Position numbers and translations under genes: made by a program | The notes under the pieces: generated by a model | Seen by the model: only the letters and a program-made list of their open reading frames with translations | Told to the model about the DNA's origin: nothing | Database searches by the model: none | Origin: Octopus bimaculoides | Taxonomy: Eukaryota | Assembly: GCF_001194135.2 (NCBI RefSeq) | Contig: NC_068993.1 | Coordinates: forward strand, 45,496,708-45,546,953 | Direction of reading: 5' to 3' | Length of the DNA: 50,246 nucleotides | Part shown: positions 24,331 to 36,252 of the stretch, piece after piece | Layout of the letters: each line of letters begins with the position of its first letter | Numbering within the stretch: the stretch's first letter is position 1

Positions 24331-24770
24331 TGACTCTTCGTTCAAAATTGCTGGTCTGAAATCCTGCAAGAGAACGACGTCCTGCTCAGGGGAAAGTTGA
24401 AATCTCGGCTTCCGGCGCTTGTTTGTCGTTTTTGAAATTTCAATTAAACTTGCATAGTTTCAGATACATGACAATGAAATTTGCTGAAGAGAAAAAGACA
24501 CGAACGAATTTATCTGACAGCCAAGTACATATATAACATTTTATCGTATAGATATTTAACATGCAGAACATCCTTGGAAATATCTTTCAACAGCCGTGCT
24601 CGTGCATGTATTTTAGCTTCTTTTGTTGTTTAAAGGTCGAGTTTAAACTGCAGAAGAATATGACATAATTTTAATATAATAACACGAAAATCAAGAAAAC
24701 CTTGAAGCAATTCACTCTACACAAATAAATAAACAAAATATATGTTTAATTATGCTTCGCATATTTGTGA

Positions 24771-24801
<31 letters not shown>

Positions 24802-25882
24802 NNNNNNNNNNNNNNNNNNNNNNNNNNNNNNNNNNNNNNNNNNNNNNNNNNNNNNNNNNNNNNNNNNNNNNNNNNNNNNNNNNNNNNNNNNNNNNNNNNN
24901 NNNNNNNNNNNNNNNNNNNNNNNNNNNNNNNNNNNNNNNNNNNNNNNNNNNNNNNNNNNNNNNNNNNNNNNNNNNNNNNNNNNNNNNNNNNNNNNNNNNN
25001 NNNNNNNNNNNNNNNNNNNNNNNNNNNNNNNNNNNNNNNNNNNNNNNNNNNNNNNNNNNNNNNNNNNNNNNNNNNNNNNNNNNNNNNNNNNNNNNNNNNN
25101 NNNNNNNNNNNNNNNNNNNNNNNNNNNNNNNNNNNNNNNNNNNNNNNNNNNNNNNNNNNNNNNNNNNNNNNNNNNNNNNNNNNATATATATATAATTCAT
25201 GCACGTTTAAGACGGCATATAAATGTCAGATTGCGTACCTGACATTTTTAATAGACATACAAAAGCTATTACATTAGATTGTTTACCTACAAAATTTATG
25301 GATAACGGAGAAAGTGCATGATGAGAATATACTTGTACATGGAAAAGGTGAACAGAATAAAAAGTGGTGCATTGAGTAAAGGGGCGAAGTGCAATCTGAA
25401 ACAAATAAGTGCAATCTGATAACAAATAAACGAGTGAAGAAAGGGGAAAAAATTAATGTTGATGGAATATATATTATGTATGTGCATGTATGTGTATGCG
25501 TGCGTGTATGTATGCATATATGTTCATACATATATATGTATGAACATATGCATGAATTTATATATATTTGTATATATATTTATATACATACATATATGTA
25601 TATATATGTCTATACATATATATATGTATTTGTATATATATGTATCTATGTATCTATATACATACATATATATACATATATACATACATATATGTATGTA
25701 TATATGTCAATATGTACAAAGAATGGGAAACTGTAAGTTAAAAAAATTAATTAAACATTAAATATATAAACACATAAATTGGAAGGCAAATGTGTGGCAG
25801 CTCCATATACACACTTCAACACACACATTCACACACATGCACATAAGTACATACTCACACACACATACAAAGATATATCTAT

Positions 25883-25914
<32 letters not shown>

Positions 25915-27513
25915 ACACACACACACTCATACACACATGCACATACACATATACACTCAAATGCATCTTTATAGGATCGTATGTGTGATGAATGTAAAGT
26001 TTCCATATTTCATATTTAACTTGCTTTCATAAAAATCAACTCTACGCTACATTTAGTGCGCTCCTTTGTGGTATGCATGCAATATACATACATACGTACG
26101 TACGTACATACATACATACATACACACATACATACATACATACATACATACATACACAAATAAGTATATATATATATATATANNNNNNNNNNNNNNNNNN
26201 NNNNNNNNNNNNNNNNNNNNNNNNNNNNNNNNNNNNNNNNNNNNNNNNNNNNNNNNNNNNNNNNNNNNNNNNNNNNNNNNNNNNNNNNNNNNNNNNNNNN
26301 NNNNNNNNNNNNNNNNNNNNNNNNNNNNNNNNNNNNNNNNNNNNNNNNNNNNNNNNNNNNNNNNNNNNNNNNNNNNNNNNNNNNNNNNNNNNNNNNNNNN
26401 NNNNNNNNNNNNNNNNNNNNNNNNNNNNNNNNNNNNNNNNNNNNNNNNNNNNNNNNNNNNNNNNNNNNNNNNNNNNNNNNNNNNNNNNNNNNNNNNNNNN
26501 NNNNNNNNNNNNNNNNNNNNNNNNNNNNNNNNNNNNNNNNNNNNNNNNNNNNNNNNNNNNNNNNNNNNNNNNNNNNNNNNNNNNNNNNNNNNNNNNNNNN
26601 NNNNNNNNNNNNNNNNNNNNNNNNNNNNNNNNNNNNNNNNNNNNNNNNNNNNNNNNNNNNNNNNNNNNNNNNNNNNNNNNNNNNNNNNNNNNNNNNNNNN
26701 NNNNNNNNNNNNNNNNNNNNNNNNNNNNNNNNNNNNNNNNNNNNNNNNNNNNNNNNNNNNNNNNNNNNNNNNNNNNNNNNNNTATATATATATATATATA
26801 TATATTACACGCACAAGCGCGCGTGCACACATACACTCACACATATAACTCAATCCATTCACTAATTGATATGTTATCGTTTTTACAATGCAGGTGAATC
26901 TTAAACTTTATGTGGTAAAATGGTATAAGAAATCCTTTAAAAGATTTATTTCAGACATAACAGATTAACGCTAATAGTCTTGGTTCTTAGATCCTTTCGT
27001 TAATGTTTGCCTGTTCGTCAACCTTGACCTAAAAGAGACAAGAAACAAAGAAAAAAAGAAGAAGCAAAAAACAATAACAGTATAATAGAAGTGGTTGTAT
27101 CTTCAGCTTTTTGTCAAAGATTCACGGCAGTTTCGATACATTATGACAACGACGCTGCTCTCATCAAACCCAATAATTTAAAAGAGAAATATTTCTTGCA
27201 ATCATACACACACATTTTTGAATTTTGTTGCTCGCGATTACCTGTTTTTAGTGGATCATCCCTTAGTACTATTTCTCGTTCATACTGAAGCTAATACCGC
27301 GTTTACAGTTAGCTGTGCTGTCCCATGCTTTGTTTGAAAATAGCTACGGCTTCCGGATTTAGAACTGATGAAAACATGTCCCTTTGTTTCTTGTGCCGTA
27401 TGCTATACTCTCGCTGCTGAATTATATAAATACATGTGTGCGCGCGCACGTGTGTGTATGCGAGTGCATATGTATCTATATCTATATATGTATGTATATG
27501 AGTATATACTTGT

Positions 27514-27547
<34 letters not shown>

Positions 27548-29042
27548 NNNNNNNNNNNNNNNNNNNNNNNNNNNNNNNNNNNNNNNNNNNNNNNNNNNNN
27601 NNNNNNNNNNNNNNNNNNNNNNNNNNNNNNNNNNNNNNNNNNNNNNNNNNNNNNNNNNNATATATATATATATATATACATACATAAGCGCACATGCACA
27701 CATATACATGTATATATATATGTGTGTGTGTGTGTGTGTATATATATTATATATGTGTGTGTATATATATTATATATGTGTGTGTATGTATATTTTGATG
27801 AATGTGAATCTATATCATGATATATCAATGTAGCAATACATATATCATAATTAAAATTGCACATGGCATATGAAAAACTTGCTCTGAAAATTTCAAGTTA
27901 TTTTATTTTATTGAGAAATTCTATTGAAAGCGAACCAAGTTAATCGCTGGAATTTGATGAAAATTATCACCTATTATTTTCTAAGAAGTATTTTTATTAC
28001 GAGCTTTTTATATTTTCCAAAACACTCGATTAATTTGCTTAATTTGCTAGCTGTGAAGTTTATTTCAAATATCAATATACCATTATAGTTAAAATTCGTC
28101 TTGGGCAGTGCAGTCCCTGATATAAAATACGTTGTGGTGATCATGCTTGAATCACTGTTGTGCAAAACTCTAAATTCTAAGAACTAACTTGAACCTAAAC
28201 AACAAGAACCAGTGCAAGAACAAGAACAATAAAACTACCACTACTAGCAACCGAAACCAGTGTAACTCGGTCAGGGAGGCGAAAAATATTCATTACAAGA
28301 CGTGGAGTAAGACGCACATTATCTCCAGTTGCCACTCGTTTTTCCACTACGTCAACGATTGCCAGCCAGTCATTAGGAAATCAATGGTTGCTGTCATGCG
28401 TCAGCAAACCTGCAATATCACACGCTTCCTAATTGCATCAGCAAAGTTTGATCCTCTCGCGTTCGAGAATCTTCCTACTTTCCAGTATTCATCAGATTTG
28501 GCTTTCTAAGAAGTAATTTCCTTGCTAAACTATTCCATTTAACGGCAAATTTATTCACAAATTTTCTACTTTTATAGAAACGCCGCAAAAATTGACATAC
28601 TATTCCACCTGCTTCACTTATACTGAGATGTCACGTGCGGTATATTATCAAATATGTGCAACTCATAATGATGACATTGTAGGTTCAATTCTTATTCCAG
28701 GCGGTGTGATGTCGAACCAACCCGGAAAGTCTGAAAGTTTAAGGGTAATTGAAACTAATACTATGATAACTGGTACACATTCAATTTTTGCCGATGGATA
28801 ACCCAAAATAGTGTTCCTATATCTAAATCAGCGTATTTCAAAATGTTTTCCACATCCTTATCTGATAGAAATGCTTTATCTATTATAGGACGTTCTCATC
28901 TTTATGTCATGTATAAGGATATCTGGTATATCATGTTCAATTGTTCTGTTTGTTTGGATCTCAAAGAGCCAAAGTAATTTCGGTTTAGCGGGTTCAATTC
29001 GAATTTTTTTCAGGTATATTATTGTACCACTACTCTCATGCA

Positions 29043-29043
<1 letters not shown>

Positions 29044-29111
<68 letters not shown>

Positions 29112-29135
29112 CATCACCATACCACCACCACTACC
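29044..29135. repeat. (ACT)n grading into (ACC)n microsatellite
   Basis: Direct reading. Confidence 0.95.
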
Positions 29136-30497
29136 AACAGTCAAATAACTAATACAAGTAAAAGAATAAGAAAATAAAAGAATATGTATATATATAACCA
29201 CAAAAACTACAGCTGTCACACGCAGCCAATTGTAGCATTTACCATGTTTCACTAATTACATTAATTACTGTGGTCCTGAGCACTAGATGCCGACATAGGT
29301 CCACCAGCAATGGGTTGCTATAATTTTGATATGCCGAAGATGGAGCAACTTTATTGGGCCATATTAGTTTAGAAATAAAAGATTAGGCTGGAATCGAAGT
29401 TTAACGTGGGTGATGTGAGGGCGCCCTAGAGTAAATGAGAAAATATCTATGCAGAAAAATGTGTGTATATGTAAAAAATTCTATATATGGGGAAAACTTG
29501 TATATAGTTATATTATTGAATCAATAATACAGACTTGTTAGAATGTATATTCGAGTAAGGGAGATCATTATGAAAATATATTTATCTCTACGATCAAGTT
29601 TTCAAGTGCTAGAGGGCAAAACTAGATAAGAAAATTGATTTAAGAACAAACAAAATAAATATAATAATATCTAATAGATTTGTCATTGTCAATGAAAGAA
29701 GGTTTATAAATAAATTTAAGTTACTTAATATCCTGTTTACAAGATGACAAACATTCACACCTTACACTGAAACGTTCAGGATACTCGTAGAAAAATAGGC
29801 ATCTTTCTAGTTTTGGTTGATATAATGCATGATGGCCGCAAGCAAATAACTGTGTGTATGTGCGGACGGTTCACTTTATAAATCTGAATATTTGCCAATA
29901 AAACAGTTGAACGTTTTCTTTCTAGTTTAATGCATGCGCTGATAAATACGTCTCTTAAAATTATGTTTAGTCAGACCAATGCAAGATTTGGGCTGACAAT
30001 TCTTTCTAAGTTATACTTTAGCGCAGTATATTCATGACTTCTCCTGGCAATTGCCATCAGGTGGGCAATTATTACATTTGATAAAGTTATATGGAAGTAC
30101 AGGAGGTGAGTTGATTTTGTTAGAAAGTCAATTAGCATTGTAACTTATGTTGAAACATGCCAAGTTTTCACCTGCAGCATACTCATATGAATAGGTGTGC
30201 GAGTGTGTGTTTGTGTTCAAACAAATACCCAAAATAAATCACTTTTAAATTGCATAAATTTTTATCCTCATATTTCTTCTTTATAAAGGTTGAAGTTTTT
30301 GTTTTTTTATGATTTCTAATAAAGCAAGGACTGATCTTTGATTTCACCTGTAATTCAACTTCAAATGCTTGAAATTTTCACCCTCATTTGAACCACAAAA
30401 AGAGCAGGAACTTTATATTTTAAATATTTCTGATAATAAATTCTGGAAAGACCAAAGAGAGAGGTAGAGAGCTGAAAGAAATATATGTATATATAGA

Positions 30498-30529
<32 letters not shown>

Positions 30530-30599
30530 GTGCGAGTGTATGTGTGAAAGAGAGTGTTTATGTGGTGACATGTGCATAAGCGGCGAATATAAAGAGCCC

Positions 30600-30720
30600 T
30601 TAAAGCTTTGGATGAAGTGCGTTATTTTTCCGTTTCTCTACATTATGAGTTCAAACCATGACGACTTCAATTCTTCCTTTTCGTCTTTCCGGGGTCAATA
30701 AATAAATACTAGTCAAGTTC
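30600..30720 (+). mobile_element. SINE family A internal fragment
   Basis: atgagttcaaaccatgacgacttcaattcttccttttcgtctttccggggtcaataaataaatactagt. Confidence 0.5.
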
Positions 30721-31559
30721 TTTCTATCTCTCGTTCTCTCTCTCGCGCTCTCTCTTTCTGACCCCACCTCTTTCGGAATTAGTTCCGTTGCACTGTTGGA
30801 ACGGTTGTGGGAAATCTTAGTGTCAATTTCTACAGAAATGGAGAAATCTTTCTCTCCGGACATTCAAGGTGCACCTCAGGAAATAGTGAATGCTTCTGTT
30901 TCGTCGCACTTCAGATTTACGTCGTAGTCCATATCCTAGAAGCTCAGACGGAAAGGATTCTCACACTTTCAGTTGCTGTGAGGCGGATGATGGCTGCAAC
31001 AAAATGCTGCTCAAATAATTTCCATAAAATCATTCGCAAACATTTTCTAATCTTTGCCATAAAGACATATTGTCGTCTGTGTCTGTCCTTACTATCGCTA
31101 CACCGGACGGAGAGAAAGGGAAATGTGGTCCCTGCTCATTTATAGTGGCCTGTCTGGTGTGGCTCTGAGTCAAGTTCACCCAAACCCAACTCATTCGTCT
31201 CCTTTCCTTTTGTCCTTTGCAATATACCCAGCGTCTTTGATACGGCAGTAATGCTGATACCAAATACCAAATCCTCAGAATATTAACTTTTTAAACCTTC
31301 CACTGTGCATACGATTTTATAACACGCATCAGCTTACATTTGTTACAGAAGAATGTTAATGGCAAATGTGTCAACGAAATCCCAACGTAGGCGAGTTTTG
31401 CGACGCCAGTGACTATTTCCTACCTTCGAACATCTTAGACTCCTCACTAGTGGCGCAAGGCGATCCACTGCTTAAATTATGCAAAACTTAATACGCATGA
31501 GTTGCTTCACGCTAAACAAAAGCCATCACATGCTTTCATCAGACTCTGGATCTCATAAA

Positions 31560-31686
31560 AATTAAATCTAGCGTATAAAATAATCCACATAAATTAAATT
31601 TTGCAGATAAAATAATCCACAGAAATTAAATCTGGTAGATAGAATAATCCATAGAAATTAAATCTGGCTGATAAAATAAACCTACA
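31560..31686. repeat. ~32-bp minisatellite, ~4 copies
   Basis: Repeated aaattaaatct...gataaaataatccacag. Confidence 0.85.
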
Positions 31687-32240
31687 AGTCCAGTGGTTTT
31701 CGACCTTATAAAATACAGTATTTTTGCACTTGAAAACACGTTTGGAAAAGAATGCACTTCTCAACTTCTCCCATCGCATCATGTGGTACAGTCTTCTCTG
31801 ATGTTGTTATTTACGGCTGAGATTAACGACATTTAAAATTCTATTTAGTCTCTGTCTAAACTTTTATCTGGTTAAAGCTATATTTTATTTTGGCTCATTC
31901 ACAGATACTACCAATAAGCTTTACGCTAATGTTAACCTCTTCAATGTGTCTAGCCATCGAAAACTCTGTAGTTAGTAACGCTTAAGTTATTTTCGATAAG
32001 AGTCTATATAGATTATAATCCGCATTCTGCATCTTGCCAGAATGCGGAATTTATACGGTGTTTAAGTAATTTGGCGCTCGACGATTTCAGACTAGATTAA
32101 ACACAACTGGATAATTACGTCTGCCATTCCAAATCAGAAATATAGTTCATTTAAACTTTATTTTGCCATCTTTATATTCCAGAACTTACGATTTTCTGCT
32201 TAAAATATACACGTATTCAGTGTTTATTTTTAAGAATAGT

Positions 32241-32300
<60 letters not shown>

Positions 32301-32419
32301 TACATATACATACATACATAATTAGTTAACATATCAGTTGAAGAATCACTGAATACGTTTAAATAGGTCGTATCAATTTTCATACGTATACACATAGATT
32401 TACATGTATGTATGTATGA

Positions 32420-32477
<58 letters not shown>

Positions 32478-32634
32478 ATGTGTGTATGTATTGACACACA
32501 CACTTTCACCTCGGAAATATGTGTACTCAAATATATGCTTAAATATATCACTTTAGACGAAATATATGCATATAAAGGTGAATTTATACAGTATATGCAT
32601 GTATGTATGTATGTATATATTGTATACATGTACG

Positions 32635-32692
<58 letters not shown>

Positions 32693-33009
32693 AATGAATA
32701 TAAGTGTATGTATGTGTTTTTCATGTTATAACGGCAATTTGATCATTCTACATTAACTATACTATAGTTATCTACAGCGGGTATGAAAACATTTTTCCTA
32801 ACTTTGCAAGTAACTCCACTGAAGATTAGAAATAACATGCATGTGAGTAATCCCCGTAACATGCACCAAAACATTTTACAACTAAGAACATATACTAAAA
32901 ATAATAAACCAACCATAACTATTATAAATAAGGAAAAGTGAATTTGCTTACTTATCGACCCATCATAGCTGTTTGATTCCAGGATTGAAAAGAAAGGGGA
33001 AGGAAAACA

Positions 33010-33345
33010 AAAACAGCAAAAAATAGACAATCCCTTAAAATTTGAAATAGGAAGAACTTGGAATATGCGAATAGTAAAGTCATGCCTATGATAATTGGTG
33101 CGTTAGGAACAGTAAGCAAAGACATGGACAAATGGCTGAAAAGATTGAAATTGAAGGCCCGGTAGTGCTCCTACAGAAAATTGTCTCTCAGGGACAGCAA
33201 GGGTTATCAGGAGGGTTCTAAGCTCTTGAAAGATTGCTGAAAACTTGTGGATACTCAAGGTTACAGGTAATATCCCGCTAACCACATAAATTCTACCAGG
33301 AATAAGACAACCTGAGCTAAACCAAAATAATAACAATGATAATGT
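33010..33345 (+). mobile_element. R4/Dong-clade LINE 3' end with 3' UTR
   Basis: KFEIGRTWNMRIVK-[fs]-VMPMIIGALGTVSKDMDKWLKRL...LLQKIVS-[fs]-ARVIRRVLSS*. Ends in a degenerate (AAT)n tail, aataataacaatgataat. Confidence 0.8.
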
Positions 33346-34383
33346 CTTGTTTATTGGCCACATAAGCTTACGTGTGTGTGTGTTTGCGCGTGTGTTAGGT
33401 ACGTTATTAAACACACACACACACATACACATCTACACTAAAGCTGGGCCATCTCACCTGCGTAATTAAACTCGCTTAATTGTTACTTCCATGAAGCCTC
33501 ATGTCCTAGAAGTAACAATTAGCGACAGCCGAAGACAAACAAGAAATTTTAGAAGGCTCTTAACAAAGGCAAAACCTATGTCAGATGAAAGGGATAATGC
33601 AGGCAACAAAGTGCGGAGACGATTTCTGTAGGGCGTGTAAAATAATTGCACAAGGAACAATAAAAATAATTAAGAATGAGTAGGAATTGAAGGTAAAATC
33701 AGGTACGGGCATGCGTTGTTGCAGCGCGTCGTTGCATCTTCCATTAGTCGGTATCTGCTCGGATCTTCCCGGGTAATCTTCCGAGCAGTGCCCCAATTAG
33801 TTCCCAGATATTTTTTACCTGCCGTGACCATGTGGCCGACCAACTCTAGCTGTCACCTCAGCTAGATCCTCAGAGAATAGAAGAGAACACGTTGTCAGTA
33901 AAGCCAAGTTGATGGTATCGACTAATATCGTCCTCTACCAATTGCTTGACTGTTACAGAAACCGAATACAATTATCTTCTTACTATAAGAAAACGTTGTC
34001 TGTATGTGTGTCCTCTATGCACGGCCAAAACCTCTGGATTAATCTGTACTATACTTGGGGTACAAGAATAATTTTACCTGGAAAATAGTAATACAGTCTT
34101 GACTTATTTTTTTTATTAGAAATAAATAATATTGCTTTATATATATAATAAAGATTCACTTCTTCAAACCGTTTTGTCAATGTCAACTTCCTGTGTCTGG
34201 CGTTCTGACGTAGTAACTAAGTAACCAGCTATTTACACACACAAACATATGTATACATCATTACAGTTGTGACAATTTCTGATAAAAAAGAATTTCTAAA
34301 GGTGCTTTCATTTTTTTATATTCTTCTCCAGCTTTCTATCTGTGTATCTGTACGTACATGTTCTTTTCTGTAAATATTTTCCC

Positions 34384-34701
34384 ATGTCAATTGGTCTGCT
34401 TCATATATAAGATATATTTTTATGTGTGTGTAAATACATTCTACACGGAGATAGACGCCTCTTTTTGATATGTTGTAAAAATTTTCCAATGTCAACAGGT
34501 CTGCTTCATATATAAGATATATATTTATGTGTATCTAAATGCATTCTACACAGAGATAGACGCCTCTTTTGCATATGTCAACAGATCTGTTTAGATATAT
34601 ACTAACGTGAGTGTGTGTGTGTGTGAAAGTACATTCAGTACAGAGACAGACACCTTTCTTTCAAATATGAACTATTCTGCTTCATATATATGTTATATAA
34701 T

Positions 34702-34732
<31 letters not shown>

Positions 34733-35015
34733 AAGTAGATTCTAAACGAAGGTAGATGCCTTTTTTTCACATGTTAACAGGTCTGTGTTATATACATAAG
34801 ACATATATTTGTGTGTCCTCTATGGACAGTCATATAGCTGGATCACTCTATACCATAATCGTCCCTACCTTTCGATTTGTGTACCCGTAGGTAAAGGTTA
34901 ATTTCCGTCAAAATTTTCAATTGTCAACAGGTCTGTTTTATATATGTATATGATATATCTTTATCTGAGTGTGACTGAGAAAAAAAAAATTCATACGGAG
35001 ATAGACGCCTTTTAC
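34384..35015. repeat. Helitron-internal tandem array, ~6 diverged units of ~85-105 bp
   Basis: Units start at 34384, 34489, 34575, ~34665, 34771 and ~34920 (atgtcaacaggtctgcttcatatata...cggagatagacgcctcttt). Confidence 0.85.
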
Positions 35016-35040
35016 TCAATTAATTGAATGAGGTACTTCT

Positions 35041-36252
35041 CCTGGGGTTACTGGCAAAACTTTTTTGATCAACATTTTGTTAGCAAACCTTTTGTTAGTT
35101 CGCCTAGATGAGTGTTTTGCATTGGCAGTAGCGTCTTCTGGAATTGCAACTACTCTCTTGACAAGTGGACGAACAGCTCGTTCTACTTTCACGGTTCCCT
35201 TTAATTTAGTTAGGACAGAGACTCCATTTTGCAACAGTTCTAAGACATCAGTAAAGGCCAAGGTATTGCAGCAGACGCGCTCTTGATTGTCTGGGATGAA
35301 TGCACCTTGTCTCACCGTGGAGCACTTGAAGCTGTTGACCGTAGTCTAAAAGATTTGAGAGGAAATAACATTCTCATGGTTGGAGGTCAATGTAGATTTG
35401 GCTGGGGATTTCGGCTAAACCCTTCTTGTCATCCCAAAAGGTACAAAAGCTGATGAACTACAGTCCTGTCTGAAGCAATCCTATCTGTGGAGGTAAGTGA
35501 CTAAAGTGCACCTGACAGTTAACATGAGGGCCGAATTATTTCATGATCAAACTGCCAGGCTGTTTTCATACCAGCTTCTGAAGATACGGGATGGTCAACT
35601 ACCGTTATGTCCACCAAATGTAGGAACACCAGCTACCCTGTGGTGTGGTGGTACCAACACTCAATGATCTCATAATTCATGTGCTCCCAAATATTGCACA
35701 AAACTTTAGCAACAGTCAATGGCTCTGTGAGGGAGCCATCTCAGCTCCACGTAAGGATGCTGCCGACAAAATCAACTGCTGTTTTTCGCATTGAGTTCCT
35801 GTACTCTCTACAGCCCTCTGGAATTCCACCTCACTACTTAAAAAGAGGGCCTCAATAATGCTACTCAGGAATTTGGATCCACCTCATCTGTGCAATGGCA
35901 CCTAACTGGTGGTGAAAGCGATGCGACCCCTTTTCCTAGAGGCAAACATTTATGACTGGAAACTATGAGGGTGAGGATGTTTTCATTCCACGGATCCCGT
36001 TAATCCCATATGACCTCCCCTTTGAATTTAAACAGTCCAGTTCACAGTAAAACTAAGTTTCGCTGTGTCAATAAACAAATATCATGGACATTCTCTAAAT
36101 ATTGTTGGACTTCACCTTGTTTCTTCTTGCTTCTCTCATGAGCAATTATATAGGTTGTTCGAGAGCTGAAAGTCCCCCCAAATCTTTCCATTTATACACC
36201 AATTAAAAGACACAATCAAAACATTGTATATTTAGAAGCTCTAGATAATTAA
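35041..36252 (+). pseudogene. Helitron RepHel PIF1-family helicase domain, disrupted
   Basis: Walker A PGVTGKTFLIN; AVASSGIATTLLTSGRTA; Walker B LIVWDEC; AGDFG*TLLVIPKG; LTVNMR; WLCEGAISAPR; SGIPPH; MLLRNLDPPHLCNGT; VFIPRIP; SFAVSINK; FSHEQLY..CSR; NIVYLEALDN*. Multiple frameshifts and stops. Confidence 0.95.

Noticed and set aside
24409-24525. CTTCCGG motif plus short exon MTMKFAEEKKTRTNLSDSQ
   Set aside because: A single common motif and a weak donor (GTACAT), at the level expected by chance.
33581-33796. Minus ORF with YSFLIIFIVPCAII resembling GPCR TM5
   Set aside because: The hydrophobic stretch is the translation of a polypyrimidine tract, and no other TM segments or motifs are present.
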